A stretch of 64,000 nucleotides of DNA from NCBI GenBank assembly GCA_965249485.1, contig OZ252239.1, positions 2,176,001-2,240,000 of the forward strand, in the 5' to 3' direction. Origin of the DNA: a bacterium. Lineage in GTDB: Bacteria; SM23-31. The translations under genes were made by a program, and so were the position numbers. Shown here piece after piece: positions 19,044 to 29,129 of the stretch. Below the pieces are notes generated by a model. That model made no database searches, had not been told where the DNA came from, and was given only the letters and a program-made list of their open reading frames with translations. Each line of letters begins with the position of its first letter. Position 1 is the stretch's first letter.

Positions 19044-20930
19044 GTGAAACGAGTAAATTGTTTAATACTCATACCGATACTTATGAGTCTCACCGCATTC
19101 AATGTGCATGCACAGCTCAACAGTGTCACGGGTGTGTCTGTTTCTGAGGAAGGATCTGTCACCACTGTTGCCATTCAGGGTCAGACAGAACTGAAATTCA
19201 GACATTTTGTACTTGAAGGCACTGAACCGGGGATCATTCAAAAAATAGTCATTGACATCGAGGGTGCCCGGTATAATATAGCAGGAAAAATGCAGGAATA
19301 TTCCCGGGGACCCGTAGCACGGGTGCGTTCAAGCCAGTTTCTGGAGAATCCTCCTATGGTCAGGGTAGTAACGGATCTTAGAGTACCGGCAACTGTTCGA
19401 GTTGAGAAATCGGACACAAATGTACTCCTTACATTATCAAATTATCTATATGAAGAACCGGCTCCTATAGTAGTGGTTGAACCGATCACTGTTGGTGAAG
19501 AACCGCTGAAAGAAGAAGATAAGCAGCTGATCAGACTTAATCTCAAAGGAGCGACATTAGGGCACGCTTTAGAACTCTTTCAACGAGTCTATGGTATGAA
19601 TATACTTGTAGCAAAATCGGTTGCAAAAGATGATCTGATTGATGTATTCCTGACCGATGAATTTAATAAAGAGAGTCTTTTTGAGTCTATACTCATCGCG
19701 AACGGGTATAAATTTGTCAAAAAACAAAACCTCTATATTGTTCTTGGTCAGGAAATAACCATAGATGACGAGATACAGATGGAAATATTTAAGCTGGAAT
19801 ATATAAATGCCGTTGATATTCTTGAAAACCTCGAAGCGATTATATCGGAAGTAGGGGCTGTTCAGGTTGTAAGCCGCAGTCCTATGGGCAATTCAGATAT
19901 TACCGTACCAAGCGGAGGAGGTGGTGGAGGTGCGGCGGGTGGTGCTGCCGGCGGAGGCGGTGGTAGTCCTCTTGAGGGAGTTGAAACAATTGTTGGAGAA
20001 GCTGTGGGAGATGGACGCTCGGATATGTTGATTGTAGTTGACAGACCCGGAAATTTAGAGCGGATAAGAACAATTATCAGGACGCTCGATGTGCCTGTTC
20101 CCCAGGTTCATATTACCGTCAAAGTTGTCGAAACTCAGCTTGGTGAAGACGAAAATTGGGGATTGAACTGGCAATCAATTTTCGAAGTAGTTGGTGCTGG
20201 TGGGAAGGCAACGGGAGTAAGCGCTGCAGGAGGAGGAGCTGGTGGAGCTGGTGGTACGGAAGTTGAAGGTTTGGGTATGAAAATCGGTAATTTTAAGGCT
20301 GGAACGCTTTCACTGGCCCAGTTTAAGGTAGCATTAAGTCTCCTTGAACAGCGAAAGGATTCAAAGCTGCTCAATCAACCGAGTATCACAACAATGGATA
20401 ACCAGCAGGCTACCATTGCACTTGGAACCACCATCCCTATTGAGGTTACACAAATTGGTGGTGCGGCTGGTGCTGCCGGAGGAGGTGCGGCTGGAGGTGG
20501 TGCTGGAGGTGGAGCAGCCGGCGGCGCTATCACGACTGTTCAACAGCAAAATATCGTTGTTGCACTGTCGGTAATTCCAAAAGTAAATGAGGATAAGTAT
20601 ATTACGCTCTGGGTGAAACCTGTTATTCAAGAAGTAACAGGATTTACCGGAAAAAATGCTGATCAACCTATAATATCTTCACGAACTGCTACAACCCAGG
20701 TCCGTGTAAGATCGGGAGAAGTTGTTTTGATTGGCGGATTAATTAAGGAAGATAATATCAAAACAGTTACGAAAGTAAAATTTTTCGGATCACTTCCCCT
20801 ACTGGGAAAATTCTTTACGCATAACAGGGTAGATAAAAAACGGAGCGAATTGGTTATCTTTATAGCTCCGGAAATTGTGCACATTGATCCGACAGTAGAC
20901 AATGTAGTGAACAATACGCTTCAAAGATAG
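19044..20930 (+). CDS. pilQ: Secretin (PilQ/MshL/GspD family) with N-terminal AMIN domain
   Basis: AGGAGG RBS then GTG at 19044; AMIN-like 'VRSSQF..NPPMVRVVTDL'; secretin core LDVPVPQV, PSITTMDNQQA, VLIGGLI, LPLLGKFF and ELVIFIAPEIV. Confidence 0.92.
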   Translation: MKRVNCLILIPILMSLTAFNVHAQLNSVTGVSVSEEGSVTTVAIQGQTELKFRHFVLEGTEPGIIQKIVIDIEGARYNIAGKMQEYSRGPVARVRSSQFLENPPMVRVVTDLRVPATVRVEKSDTNVLLTLSNYLYEEPAPIVVVEPITVGEEPLKEEDKQLIRLNLKGATLGHALELFQRVYGMNILVAKSVAKDDLIDVFLTDEFNKESLFESILIANGYKFVKKQNLYIVLGQEITIDDEIQMEIFKLEYINAVDILENLEAIISEVGAVQVVSRSPMGNSDITVPSGGGGGGAAGGAAGGGGGSPLEGVETIVGEAVGDGRSDMLIVVDRPGNLERIRTIIRTLDVPVPQVHITVKVVETQLGEDENWGLNWQSIFEVVGAGGKATGVSAAGGGAGGAGGTEVEGLGMKIGNFKAGTLSLAQFKVALSLLEQRKDSKLLNQPSITTMDNQQATIALGTTIPIEVTQIGGAAGAAGGGAAGGGAGGGAAGGAITTVQQQNIVVALSVIPKVNEDKYITLWVKPVIQEVTGFTGKNADQPIISSRTATTQVRVRSGEVVLIGGLIKEDNIKTVTKVKFFGSLPLLGKFFTHNRVDKKRSELVIFIAPEIVHIDPTVDNVVNNTLQR

Positions 20931-20979
20931 TAATACAATAACAAGTAACGGATAACGTAAACTTAAGCCAAGAGGCATA

Positions 20980-22058
20980 ATGAATCTCAATCAGCTCCTT
21001 AAATATGCGGTCGACAAAGAAGCATCCGACTTACATATTTCGGTTGGATATCCTCCAATGGTTAGGATCAACGGTGAATTAAGAAAGATCGATCTTCCTA
21101 TTCTGAAAAAATCCGAAGTTGCGAAGATGATTTATGATGTATTTGATTCGGATCAGAAGCACCATTATGATCAGTATTATGAGATAGATTTTGCGTACCA
21201 GATCGATAAGATTGGTCGATTCAGATCGAATATTTATACAACAATAAATGGTGTTGCTGCAGCATTCCGTGTTATTCCGAGCAAAATAAGGACACTGAAG
21301 GAAATCGGAGCACCGGAAGGAGTGTACAGCCTGGCCAGATATGAAAAGGGATTGATTCTCGTTACGGGTCCGACAGGATCAGGGAAATCAACTACCCTTG
21401 CAGCCATGCTTGATTTAGTAAATAGTGAACGGAAAAATCATATTATTACAATTGAAGACCCCATAGAATATATTCACACTGGTAAAAGCTGCTTAATAAA
21501 CCAGCGTGAAATTGGTGCGCATACAAAAAGTTTTGCAGCTGCGCTCCGCAGCGCTCTCCGCGAAGATCCAGATGTTGTGCTGGTTGGTGAGATGAGAGAC
21601 TTGGAAACAATATCGCTTGCGGTCACCGCAGCAGAGACAGGCCATCTTGTATTCGGTACACTTCATACTGGCAACGCTCCCGAAACAGTTGATAGGGTCA
21701 TCGATGTGTTTCCTGCTGATCAGCAAAATCAAATTCGGGCTATGTTCTCGAGCACACTGCAGGGTGTCATTGCACAAAAATTGATAGTTTCGAAAGATAC
21801 AAAAAGCAGAACAGCTGTTATGGAAGTTTTGATCGCATCGAATGCCATCAGAAATCTGATTCGTGAGCACAAAGTACATCAAATGAGCACGGTATTACAA
21901 ACAAGTGTCGAATCGGTATGCAGACAATGGATCAGGCGCTCATGGCACTTTTGAATAATAACAAAATCGATAAAAAGACAGCAGTTACGCACGCATTGGA
22001 AAAAAAGCCGTTCGAGGAGTGGAAGGGGTCAGCGCGGGATATTTTGCACCGCGGTTAA
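20980..22058 (+). pseudogene. pilT: Retraction ATPase PilT, with a one-base deletion near 21915
   Basis: GPTGSGKST, TIEDPIE, ALREDPD..LVGEMRD, GTLHT and AIRNLIRE. The conserved C-terminal GMQTMDQAL continues in another frame after GAATCGGTATG, ending at TAA 22056-22058. Confidence 0.88.
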
Positions 22059-22119
22059 ATCATAAGCTTTCGGTCAACTACTTCTCTGGAGGGCGAATGA
22101 TTTCAGGGAAGAGGAAACG

Positions 22120-25100
22120 ATGGACATGGACTATTTTAAAACTGTATACAGAATCGGGGGAAGATGTGCATTAGCACTCCTTCTAACACTCTTTTATTTC
22201 TGCGAAAAGCAGGGGTTAATCGATCCAGTATCAGAAGAACGAAGCAAGCAAATACGCATTTCAGAATTTGAAAGCACCAGCGGAAACATTATTGCCGGTG
22301 GCGCAACTTCTGAAATCAGCCTGATACTCTTAGATGGAACAGGAGCGCCCGTCAATGAAGGAATTGTTTCTTTCAGCGCGCTCATAGGATCGGTCACTCC
22401 GGTAGACACAACCGACAATAAGGGGATTGCCCTTGCTCTTTACACCAGTGGAACGATATCAGGTTCAGATACGGTTACTGCTCTTTTTGATAATGCTCCT
22501 GATACCGTTGTCACGAGCCAGATTATCTTAACAATTCTACCTCAATTATCAATTTCCATTAGCGCTAATCCTACAGAAATACCAGCAAACGGGACAAGCA
22601 GTTCTGAACTCACTGCAATTGTCAAAAATGAGCTTAATAATCCAATTGAAAATGCAGAAATTACGTTCACTACTGATCTCGGAAGAATCCCCGCATCATC
22701 AGTGACCGATGAATTTGGTGTTGCAACAATCAGTCTTTTTGCGGACCGAACCGACGGTATTGCAACGGTAACCGCTACTTATCAGGAAATATCAGTAACA
22801 ACGAAAGTGAAATTTGCTGGTACTCAACTCATAATCACATCAAATCCTGCTGCTGTCGTTGCAGATGGAGTTTCAACCTCGGTTATTGAAGTGACAATAA
22901 AAGATGGATCAGAACTGCCAATTGAAGCTGCAGAAATTGTTTTAACCACCGATGTCGGTACATTTAGCAATGGTTCTGCAACGATAACGGGTATAACCGA
23001 TGTGAATGGAGTATTTGTCGATTCACTCAAAAGTGACGTTAATGAAATCGCGACAATTAGGGCATCTGGAGTTGGAACCGAATCATCTACTACGGTATCA
23101 TTTACAAACTTTATAACAACGTTAACGGCTGATGGTGCTTCAATTATTGCTGGTGATTCAATCCGACTTGTGTTTTTGATAACCGAAATAGATGGAACCC
23201 CCGCTGAAGGGTTGCAGGTGCTCTTTTTTACAACACTTGGTGATGTCGTGCCGAGCAATGGAGTAACCGGGAGTGATGGGAAAGCAGAAACAAAATTGAC
23301 GAGTACATTGGGCGGCACAGCAACGGTCACTGCTCAGGTTACGGGCAGTTCGATCACACCGGATGCGCCATCAGTAATGGTACAAATTGAATCGGCGCCC
23401 CCTGCAAATGTGCGTCTGTTTGTTGATCCGGTTGTAATCCCGGTTAATGGTGGACAGACAAATTTAACAGCAATTGTGACTGATGAAAGTGGGAATCCTG
23501 TACCGGAGCAAACGGTCAGTTTTAAAGTTCTTCAAGGACCCGGAGGCGGCGAATCGGTAGATCCACCATTTTCAGTAACCGATGAGACCGGTACAGCCAG
23601 GTCAGTATTTCAGGCCGGCTCGATTGGAAGCGAAAGCATCAATAGTGTCGTTGTAAATGCGACAATTCAGGGGACATCATTATCAGATGATGCGCAGTTT
23701 ACTATAGCAGGAGAACCAAAATCGATCAAAACGAGTCCTTCACCGCCCCCGACTGATAATCAGGACGGAACATTTTCTCTCGCAATAGGCTCGATTGTCT
23801 CGGATATTAACGGAAATCCTGTGAATGTCGGTACACTAATCCATTTTTCAACCAATCCTCCGATCGGAGTAATTATAAGCCCTATTGCAACAGCAGCTGG
23901 ATTAGCAACAACAAATCTTGTCTATCCGAACGATGCGGCAGGTAGCGCCGTAACAATAGTTGCAACAAGTGGTGAAATTACCGATACACTTGCAATCAGT
24001 CAGCTTCCGACAGCCGGAGTGGCAGGTTTTGTCGACAGTATTCGGGTAATCGGTGCTCCGTCTGGAAGCGTCATTGCTGATGGACAGACGAGCACTAATT
24101 TTGAAGTCATTGTTATCGATCCTACAAAAAATCCTGTTGCCGGAGTCATCGTAAATTTTTCTTCAGCTCCTGGTAATTCGGGATCGGGATTAACAGAGGA
24201 ACAGACTTTAGCTGATGGAACTCAAAATCCAAACTGGGGAGTAGCTTCTCTTAGTATTAGAAGCATATCTCTGAAAGAAGATGTTTATCCTGAAATCAAT
24301 ATCGAAGCCGGTGGTAAGAATATTACGTTTCAAAAAAATAATATTCCGGATCCCGGAAATCCTTTCTTCTTCAGAGGTATTACCATAAATGCCACTGTAA
24401 ATAAAGATACAATCATTGTTGGTGAATCGATCAATGTAAGAACGATACTCAAAGAAACGACAAGTAATGTTGCACTTTCCGATCGTTCTCTTACATTTGG
24501 CGCCAGTTTAGGACTGATGACCAACTTAGGAGATACTGACTCACGAGGAGAAATTAACACAACATTCGAAGCAGGAATAGATACGGGTTTGGCTTTGATA
24601 ACCACAACATTCGGCACCAATATTATTGACAGTGTTTTTGTCTATATAACAGAAGAAGATCCGTCTCCAAAAGCAAATATATTTCTTACAGCTGATACAT
24701 CGTTTGTCAATGTTCAGAACTCTGAAGGTTTAACCAGCACCATAATTACTGCCCGAATAACTGATGCCAGTAATGATCCGGTTCAAAGTGTTTCGATGCA
24801 GTTGACAACTTCTCTTGGAAATTTCTTCGTCGAAACTACCCCGGGTAATTTCACACTTCTTCCGACAGTCACACTTGATACCGATGCCCTGGGTGAAGTC
24901 AAAGCGACACTCCTTGGAGGGCCGGATGCCGGAGTTGCAACCATAACGGCTTCCGGTGGCGGTGTTACCGTATCAAAAGCACTCGTTACCGTTCAAGCAG
25001 GGCTTCCTGAAAACATTGTTGTTTCAACCGATACACTTGGTGCCTTATCTGTAGGAAATTTTCTGCAAATCGATGTTGTTGCTCTGGTTACAGATGCAAA

Positions 25101-25332
25101 CGGGAATCCGGTTGCAACCGGAACTCCAGTGTTGTTCAGTGCCGAATTTGACGGTTCTGGTGATGAACCGATTGTTACAATTGTAGCAAGTGGTTCGACA
25201 GATGCATTTGGTATTGCCACTTCAACTTTGACCTATACAGTCTCGGATATTAGTCTGGGAATTCGGATACGTGCAACGGTGTCGGGCGTAACGGTAACTA
25301 AAGATTTGAAACTACCAATCATAGAACCATAG
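22120..25332 (+). CDS. Invasin/intimin-like bacterial Ig (Big_1) repeat protein, probable lipoprotein
   Basis: Lipoprotein-like signal (LLLTLFYFC). Roughly 8 repeats of 'I.A(D/N)G.S...TA.V.D..GNPV....V.F.T..G......TD..G.A'. No beta-barrel domain visible. Confidence 0.85.
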   Translation: MDMDYFKTVYRIGGRCALALLLTLFYFCEKQGLIDPVSEERSKQIRISEFESTSGNIIAGGATSEISLILLDGTGAPVNEGIVSFSALIGSVTPVDTTDNKGIALALYTSGTISGSDTVTALFDNAPDTVVTSQIILTILPQLSISISANPTEIPANGTSSSELTAIVKNELNNPIENAEITFTTDLGRIPASSVTDEFGVATISLFADRTDGIATVTATYQEISVTTKVKFAGTQLIITSNPAAVVADGVSTSVIEVTIKDGSELPIEAAEIVLTTDVGTFSNGSATITGITDVNGVFVDSLKSDVNEIATIRASGVGTESSTTVSFTNFITTLTADGASIIAGDSIRLVFLITEIDGTPAEGLQVLFFTTLGDVVPSNGVTGSDGKAETKLTSTLGGTATVTAQVTGSSITPDAPSVMVQIESAPPANVRLFVDPVVIPVNGGQTNLTAIVTDESGNPVPEQTVSFKVLQGPGGGESVDPPFSVTDETGTARSVFQAGSIGSESINSVVVNATIQGTSLSDDAQFTIAGEPKSIKTSPSPPPTDNQDGTFSLAIGSIVSDINGNPVNVGTLIHFSTNPPIGVIISPIATAAGLATTNLVYPNDAAGSAVTIVATSGEITDTLAISQLPTAGVAGFVDSIRVIGAPSGSVIADGQTSTNFEVIVIDPTKNPVAGVIVNFSSAPGNSGSGLTEEQTLADGTQNPNWGVASLSIRSISLKEDVYPEINIEAGGKNITFQKNNIPDPGNPFFFRGITINATVNKDTIIVGESINVRTILKETTSNVALSDRSLTFGASLGLMTNLGDTDSRGEINTTFEAGIDTGLALITTTFGTNIIDSVFVYITEEDPSPKANIFLTADTSFVNVQNSEGLTSTIITARITDASNDPVQSVSMQLTTSLGNFFVETTPGNFTLLPTVTLDTDALGEVKATLLGGPDAGVATITASGGGVTVSKALVTVQAGLPENIVVSTDTLGALSVGNFLQIDVVALVTDANGNPVATGTPVLFSAEFDGSGDEPIVTIVASGSTDAFGIATSTLTYTVSDISLGIRIRATVSGVTVTKDLKLPIIEP

Positions 25333-25344
25333 AATGGTGATAGC

Positions 25345-26079
25345 ATGGCGGGAATAAAACCGCTAAAAATCGTGTATCTTATATGTGTGCCGATTGTAAT
25401 CGGCCTCATTTCCCCAGTACCGGGGAAATCACAGTCCATGGGGAATCCTGCTGTTTTACAGCAGAGAATGTGGAGTGTAGGCTTGGCCGCCGAATTTAGC
25501 AGATATGAGATGGAAGGCCACGAATATGAGATAACACGAGGTCTCACAAAAGTAGATTTTTCTGTCTACAAGAATGTCGACCTTGCACTGTTGCTTGGTA
25601 TGGGCACGATGGATATCATGTATCCTGAAAACAAGCGACTCACCGATTTTAATGGGAGAAATTCGTTTGCAGTCGGAGGGTCCTTGAAATTGGTTAGTGA
25701 CGTTCCCGGATTGCCGATGCTTAAACTTTTCGGCGAGGGGGGAGGACTCCGTCAGAGTCCAGTCGGTGATGTGAGTTCGAATTCAACAACCGATCCCGGA
25801 GATTTTCACCTTAAGTTTCGTTGGTATGAGTTATGGAGTAGCGCTGGCGCACTGCTCAAGAAAAAATCTTTCGATTTCTATGTTGGATATCAAGGGCGTG
25901 TGAACAGACAGGTAGAATCGATTACACATGAGAACTTTGAGTCAGGTTTGTTATCAAATATTATCGCAGGCATTGATTTTCATCTCCCTCAGCAATTTGT
26001 TGTAAATATTCATTTTAGTACAGGTAACGGTTCGGCGGCCTCAATCGGAATCAGTCAGTCAGGAATTCTTTCACGTTAG
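25345..26079 (+). CDS. Putative outer-membrane beta-barrel protein
   Basis: Signal peptide followed by alternating amphipathic strands (WSVGLAAEF, FAVGGSLK, FDFYVGY, IIAGIDF). Confidence 0.55.
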   Translation: MAGIKPLKIVYLICVPIVIGLISPVPGKSQSMGNPAVLQQRMWSVGLAAEFSRYEMEGHEYEITRGLTKVDFSVYKNVDLALLLGMGTMDIMYPENKRLTDFNGRNSFAVGGSLKLVSDVPGLPMLKLFGEGGGLRQSPVGDVSSNSTTDPGDFHLKFRWYELWSSAGALLKKKSFDFYVGYQGRVNRQVESITHENFESGLLSNIIAGIDFHLPQQFVVNIHFSTGNGSAASIGISQSGILSR

Positions 26080-26088
26080 GAGGTGTGC

Positions 26089-27447
26089 ATGAAATCCTTT
26101 AGAATCATAGCACTCATTCCGTTGTTGGCATGTTTTATTAATGCTGCAGGAACCGTACAAGCTCAGGACCCGGTTGCGTATGACCAGATCTCATTTCTTG
26201 CTGAAAAAACCGGTTTTGGAGCGCGGGCAATCGGATTAGGAGGGGCTTATCTCGCTGTTGCAGATGATTATTCGGCTATTCATTGGAATCCTGCCGGACT
26301 CGGTATGTTAACAAATAATCAGGTGTTTGCCTCATTGTCGCATAACAATAGAGGTATTGATACTCAATTTCTCAATGTACCTGGTAACAACGCCCAGTCA
26401 AAGACCGCTTTTGATGCACTTGGTTTTGTATATTCGGTTGATGTGTACCAGGGTAGCTTGGTATTTGCAGGTGGCTTCAATAGAGTCCAAAATTTTAATT
26501 CGTTTTTTGGGTATAGAGCGTTTAATTCTGGAGAAACCTACATAAGATCGGTATACAACGAGCCGTTTATTCCAAGTGATATTACACAGGATGAAACAAT
26601 AGAAATCGAAGGAAGTGTTTCGCAATTTTCAGTCGCTGGTGCTTATGAAGCTGCCGAAAACTTATTTCTCGGTCTCACATTGAATATATGGGCGGGTGAT
26701 AACAACCATGATCAGCTTTTTGCTGAACTGGATGTTGATGAATTGCACGAAGTAACACCTAACGATGTATTTGCCTTTCAGGAAAACCGAATATTTAATA
26801 CCGATATAGGAGGTCTGGACGCTCTGTTCGGTATTTTCTTTTTACCTGTACCGGAAGTTCGCCTTGGACTTACCATTAACTCTCCTCGCTACTTGGTTCT
26901 CAATGAAGATTGGAAAACTTCTCAAATTCTTGATTTTGATAACGGTGATAATGATGTAGCTGAGAGTCAAGGATCATTTGAATACGAAGTGAAGCTTCCA
27001 TTTGAATTCGGTATAGGCGCTTCTTATGATTTTACTGCCGGTATTATAACGGGTGATATACGATATACCGATTGGTCTCAAATGCGCTTTCTTAGCGACA
27101 CACCGCTTGAAGGATTGACGAAGAGTTTAGCAAACAGGAATATCAAGCAGACAGTCGAAGGCGTGTTGAGCCCAAAAGTAGGTCTGGAAATTAATGCTGG
27201 TGAAAAAGTCAGCTTACGTACTGGGTTTTCGCTTACTCCGTCACCATTAAAAGATGCGGATAGCAAAAATGATCGGAAAGATTTTTCATTAGGAGCCGGA
27301 ATAGCACTGAGTGATATGGCGGTTTTAGATATTGCTTACAGGAGAAGCTGGTGGGAGTCAGTAACGGTGAGTAGCTTTAATGGTATTCCCGTGAGTGAGG
27401 AGCATGTTGATCAAAAGATTTTTACTTCTCTATCAATTAATTTTTAA
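26089..27447 (+). CDS. OmpP1/FadL (PorV-like) outer-membrane barrel protein
   Basis: GARAIGLGGAYLAVADDYSAIHWNPAGLG signature, YTDWS and a C-terminal Phe. Confidence 0.85.
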   Translation: MKSFRIIALIPLLACFINAAGTVQAQDPVAYDQISFLAEKTGFGARAIGLGGAYLAVADDYSAIHWNPAGLGMLTNNQVFASLSHNNRGIDTQFLNVPGNNAQSKTAFDALGFVYSVDVYQGSLVFAGGFNRVQNFNSFFGYRAFNSGETYIRSVYNEPFIPSDITQDETIEIEGSVSQFSVAGAYEAAENLFLGLTLNIWAGDNNHDQLFAELDVDELHEVTPNDVFAFQENRIFNTDIGGLDALFGIFFLPVPEVRLGLTINSPRYLVLNEDWKTSQILDFDNGDNDVAESQGSFEYEVKLPFEFGIGASYDFTAGIITGDIRYTDWSQMRFLSDTPLEGLTKSLANRNIKQTVEGVLSPKVGLEINAGEKVSLRTGFSLTPSPLKDADSKNDRKDFSLGAGIALSDMAVLDIAYRRSWWESVTVSSFNGIPVSEEHVDQKIFTSLSINF

Positions 27448-27483
27448 GTATTAAATAAATTTCTGTTTTGCGGTGATTAGTTC

Positions 27484-27519
27484 AAAGGCCGGGACACAGA
27501 TGTCTCGGCCTTTTTTTTT
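27484..27519 (+). terminator. Rho-independent terminator
   Basis: AAAGGCCGGGACA-CAGA-TGTCTCGGCC followed by T9. Confidence 0.9.
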
Positions 27520-27596
27520 ATTTTTAGTTGAAATTAACAAAAATGAATTGTTACTTCAACAATACTATATTAATTCATTTACCATGAGGATTAACT

Positions 27597-28559
27597 ATGG
27601 ATAATGTAAGTCTGAAACAGAAAATCGGAGAGCGCATTACCCGGTTTTTTGTTATTAAGGATATTGAGATGAGGACTAAAAAAACGGACAACCAGCCCTA
27701 TCTAGTATTAGAACTTGGCTACGATAAAGGTCGAATTTGGTCTAATATTTGGGAAAACACGGAAGATTTTCTAGAAGAGTATAATACCGGAGATGTTGTA
27801 AAGATTCAAGGAGTACTCGATCAATACAAAGAACAGACACAAATAAAAATTGATAAAATCAGAAAAAGTGTTGCCTCTGATGATGTGCGACCGGATGAAT
27901 ATCTCCCTTCATATAGTGGAGATATATCCATTTTAGAAAAAGAACTTTCCCAATCTGTTAAATCCATAAAGAATAGACATCTTAATATCTTGTGTGATTC
28001 AGTGCTGCTCAAGGGTGATTTTTCAAAACGGTTTTGCGTTGCGCCGGGAGGAAAGCTCTGGCACCACGGATACATTGGGGGTCTGTTGGAACACACACTT
28101 GCAGTCACAAAAATTTGCGATATTGTTGCAGCACATTACGACTATATCAATGCCGACCTCTTACATGCTGCAGCACTGCTTCATGATATTGGTAAAGCCG
28201 ACACCTACACGATAACACCCTATATCGATTATACTGACGAAGGTCGACTGACAGGTCATATAGTGATCGGTTACGAGCAAGTTAAAAACGAAATTCGGTC
28301 AATTGAGGGATTTCCAGAAGAGCTTTCCAAACAATTGCTGCACTTGATCTTGAGCCATCAGGGCGAACTTGAAAAAGCCTCACCAGTCGTGCCCATGATA
28401 TCCGAAGGAATTATTCTCCATTATGCTGATGAAATTGATTCAAAATTGAATGCGATGAAAAGAATCGCGGATGATCAGAAAACCGACCGGAATAGATGGA
28501 GCAACTATGTAAATCTTTTGGATAGGTTTCTCTATTTCGGTGAAGCAGATGCAGAATAA
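27597..28559 (+). CDS. OB-fold + HD-domain 3'-5' exoribonuclease, YhaM/Cbf1 family
   Basis: N-terminal OB fold; HHGYIGGLLEH, LLHDIGK, GHI, ILSHQG and LHYADEIDSK. Confidence 0.88.
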   Translation: MDNVSLKQKIGERITRFFVIKDIEMRTKKTDNQPYLVLELGYDKGRIWSNIWENTEDFLEEYNTGDVVKIQGVLDQYKEQTQIKIDKIRKSVASDDVRPDEYLPSYSGDISILEKELSQSVKSIKNRHLNILCDSVLLKGDFSKRFCVAPGGKLWHHGYIGGLLEHTLAVTKICDIVAAHYDYINADLLHAAALLHDIGKADTYTITPYIDYTDEGRLTGHIVIGYEQVKNEIRSIEGFPEELSKQLLHLILSHQGELEKASPVVPMISEGIILHYADEIDSKLNAMKRIADDQKTDRNRWSNYVNLLDRFLYFGEADAE

Positions 28560-29129
28560 GATAAATCCGGGTAATTTTTATATGAAAATATTTTAATAGT
28601 ATTTTGACGTGCACTTGATTAAAACTCTTCAGAAGATTTCTTTCCAAGTGGCAATACAACCCTCACTTTCAAGTCCTTTTTTTATAAACGATTCGACTTT
28701 TCTTCATCTCCTGCGACTAATACTTGCATATCGCATGTAGCGGTAAAGATATACTGAAAATAAATTGAAATTCGAAATTAAGTAACTTCCAAGACTTTGA
28801 ATTTAGAGTTGTTTGTGCAATACAACTTGTCCCAAAAAAAATCGAATGTGATAGCTAATTCTTGAAATAATATACTGATTATTCAATAGCTTAGAAAATT
28901 GCATTATTGAAATCTCTCTGTAATATTCTATAAATATTAAGGTAATTTATTAGTTTTGTCAATTAATCTATATAAATCATTGAATTAAATTAAATGATAG
29001 TTGTATTACAGTATCAATGATATTATGAAAGCATTTATTGGCAAATCTATAATGAGTCTTGTTCGACATGCTGACTGGGGATTCAAAGGAGTAATACGAA
29101 GATTACACTAAAAAGAGAGGTTTTCTTTC

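Noticed and set aside
22824..23330. Long antisense ORFs within the invasin and other large genes
   Set aside because: These are shadow ORFs arising from codon bias on the coding strand; they have no motifs or RBS.
28560..29129. Long AT-rich intergenic region as ncRNA, riboswitch or replication origin
   Set aside because: I could not identify a recognisable riboswitch core, a DnaA-box cluster or a stable structure by eye.
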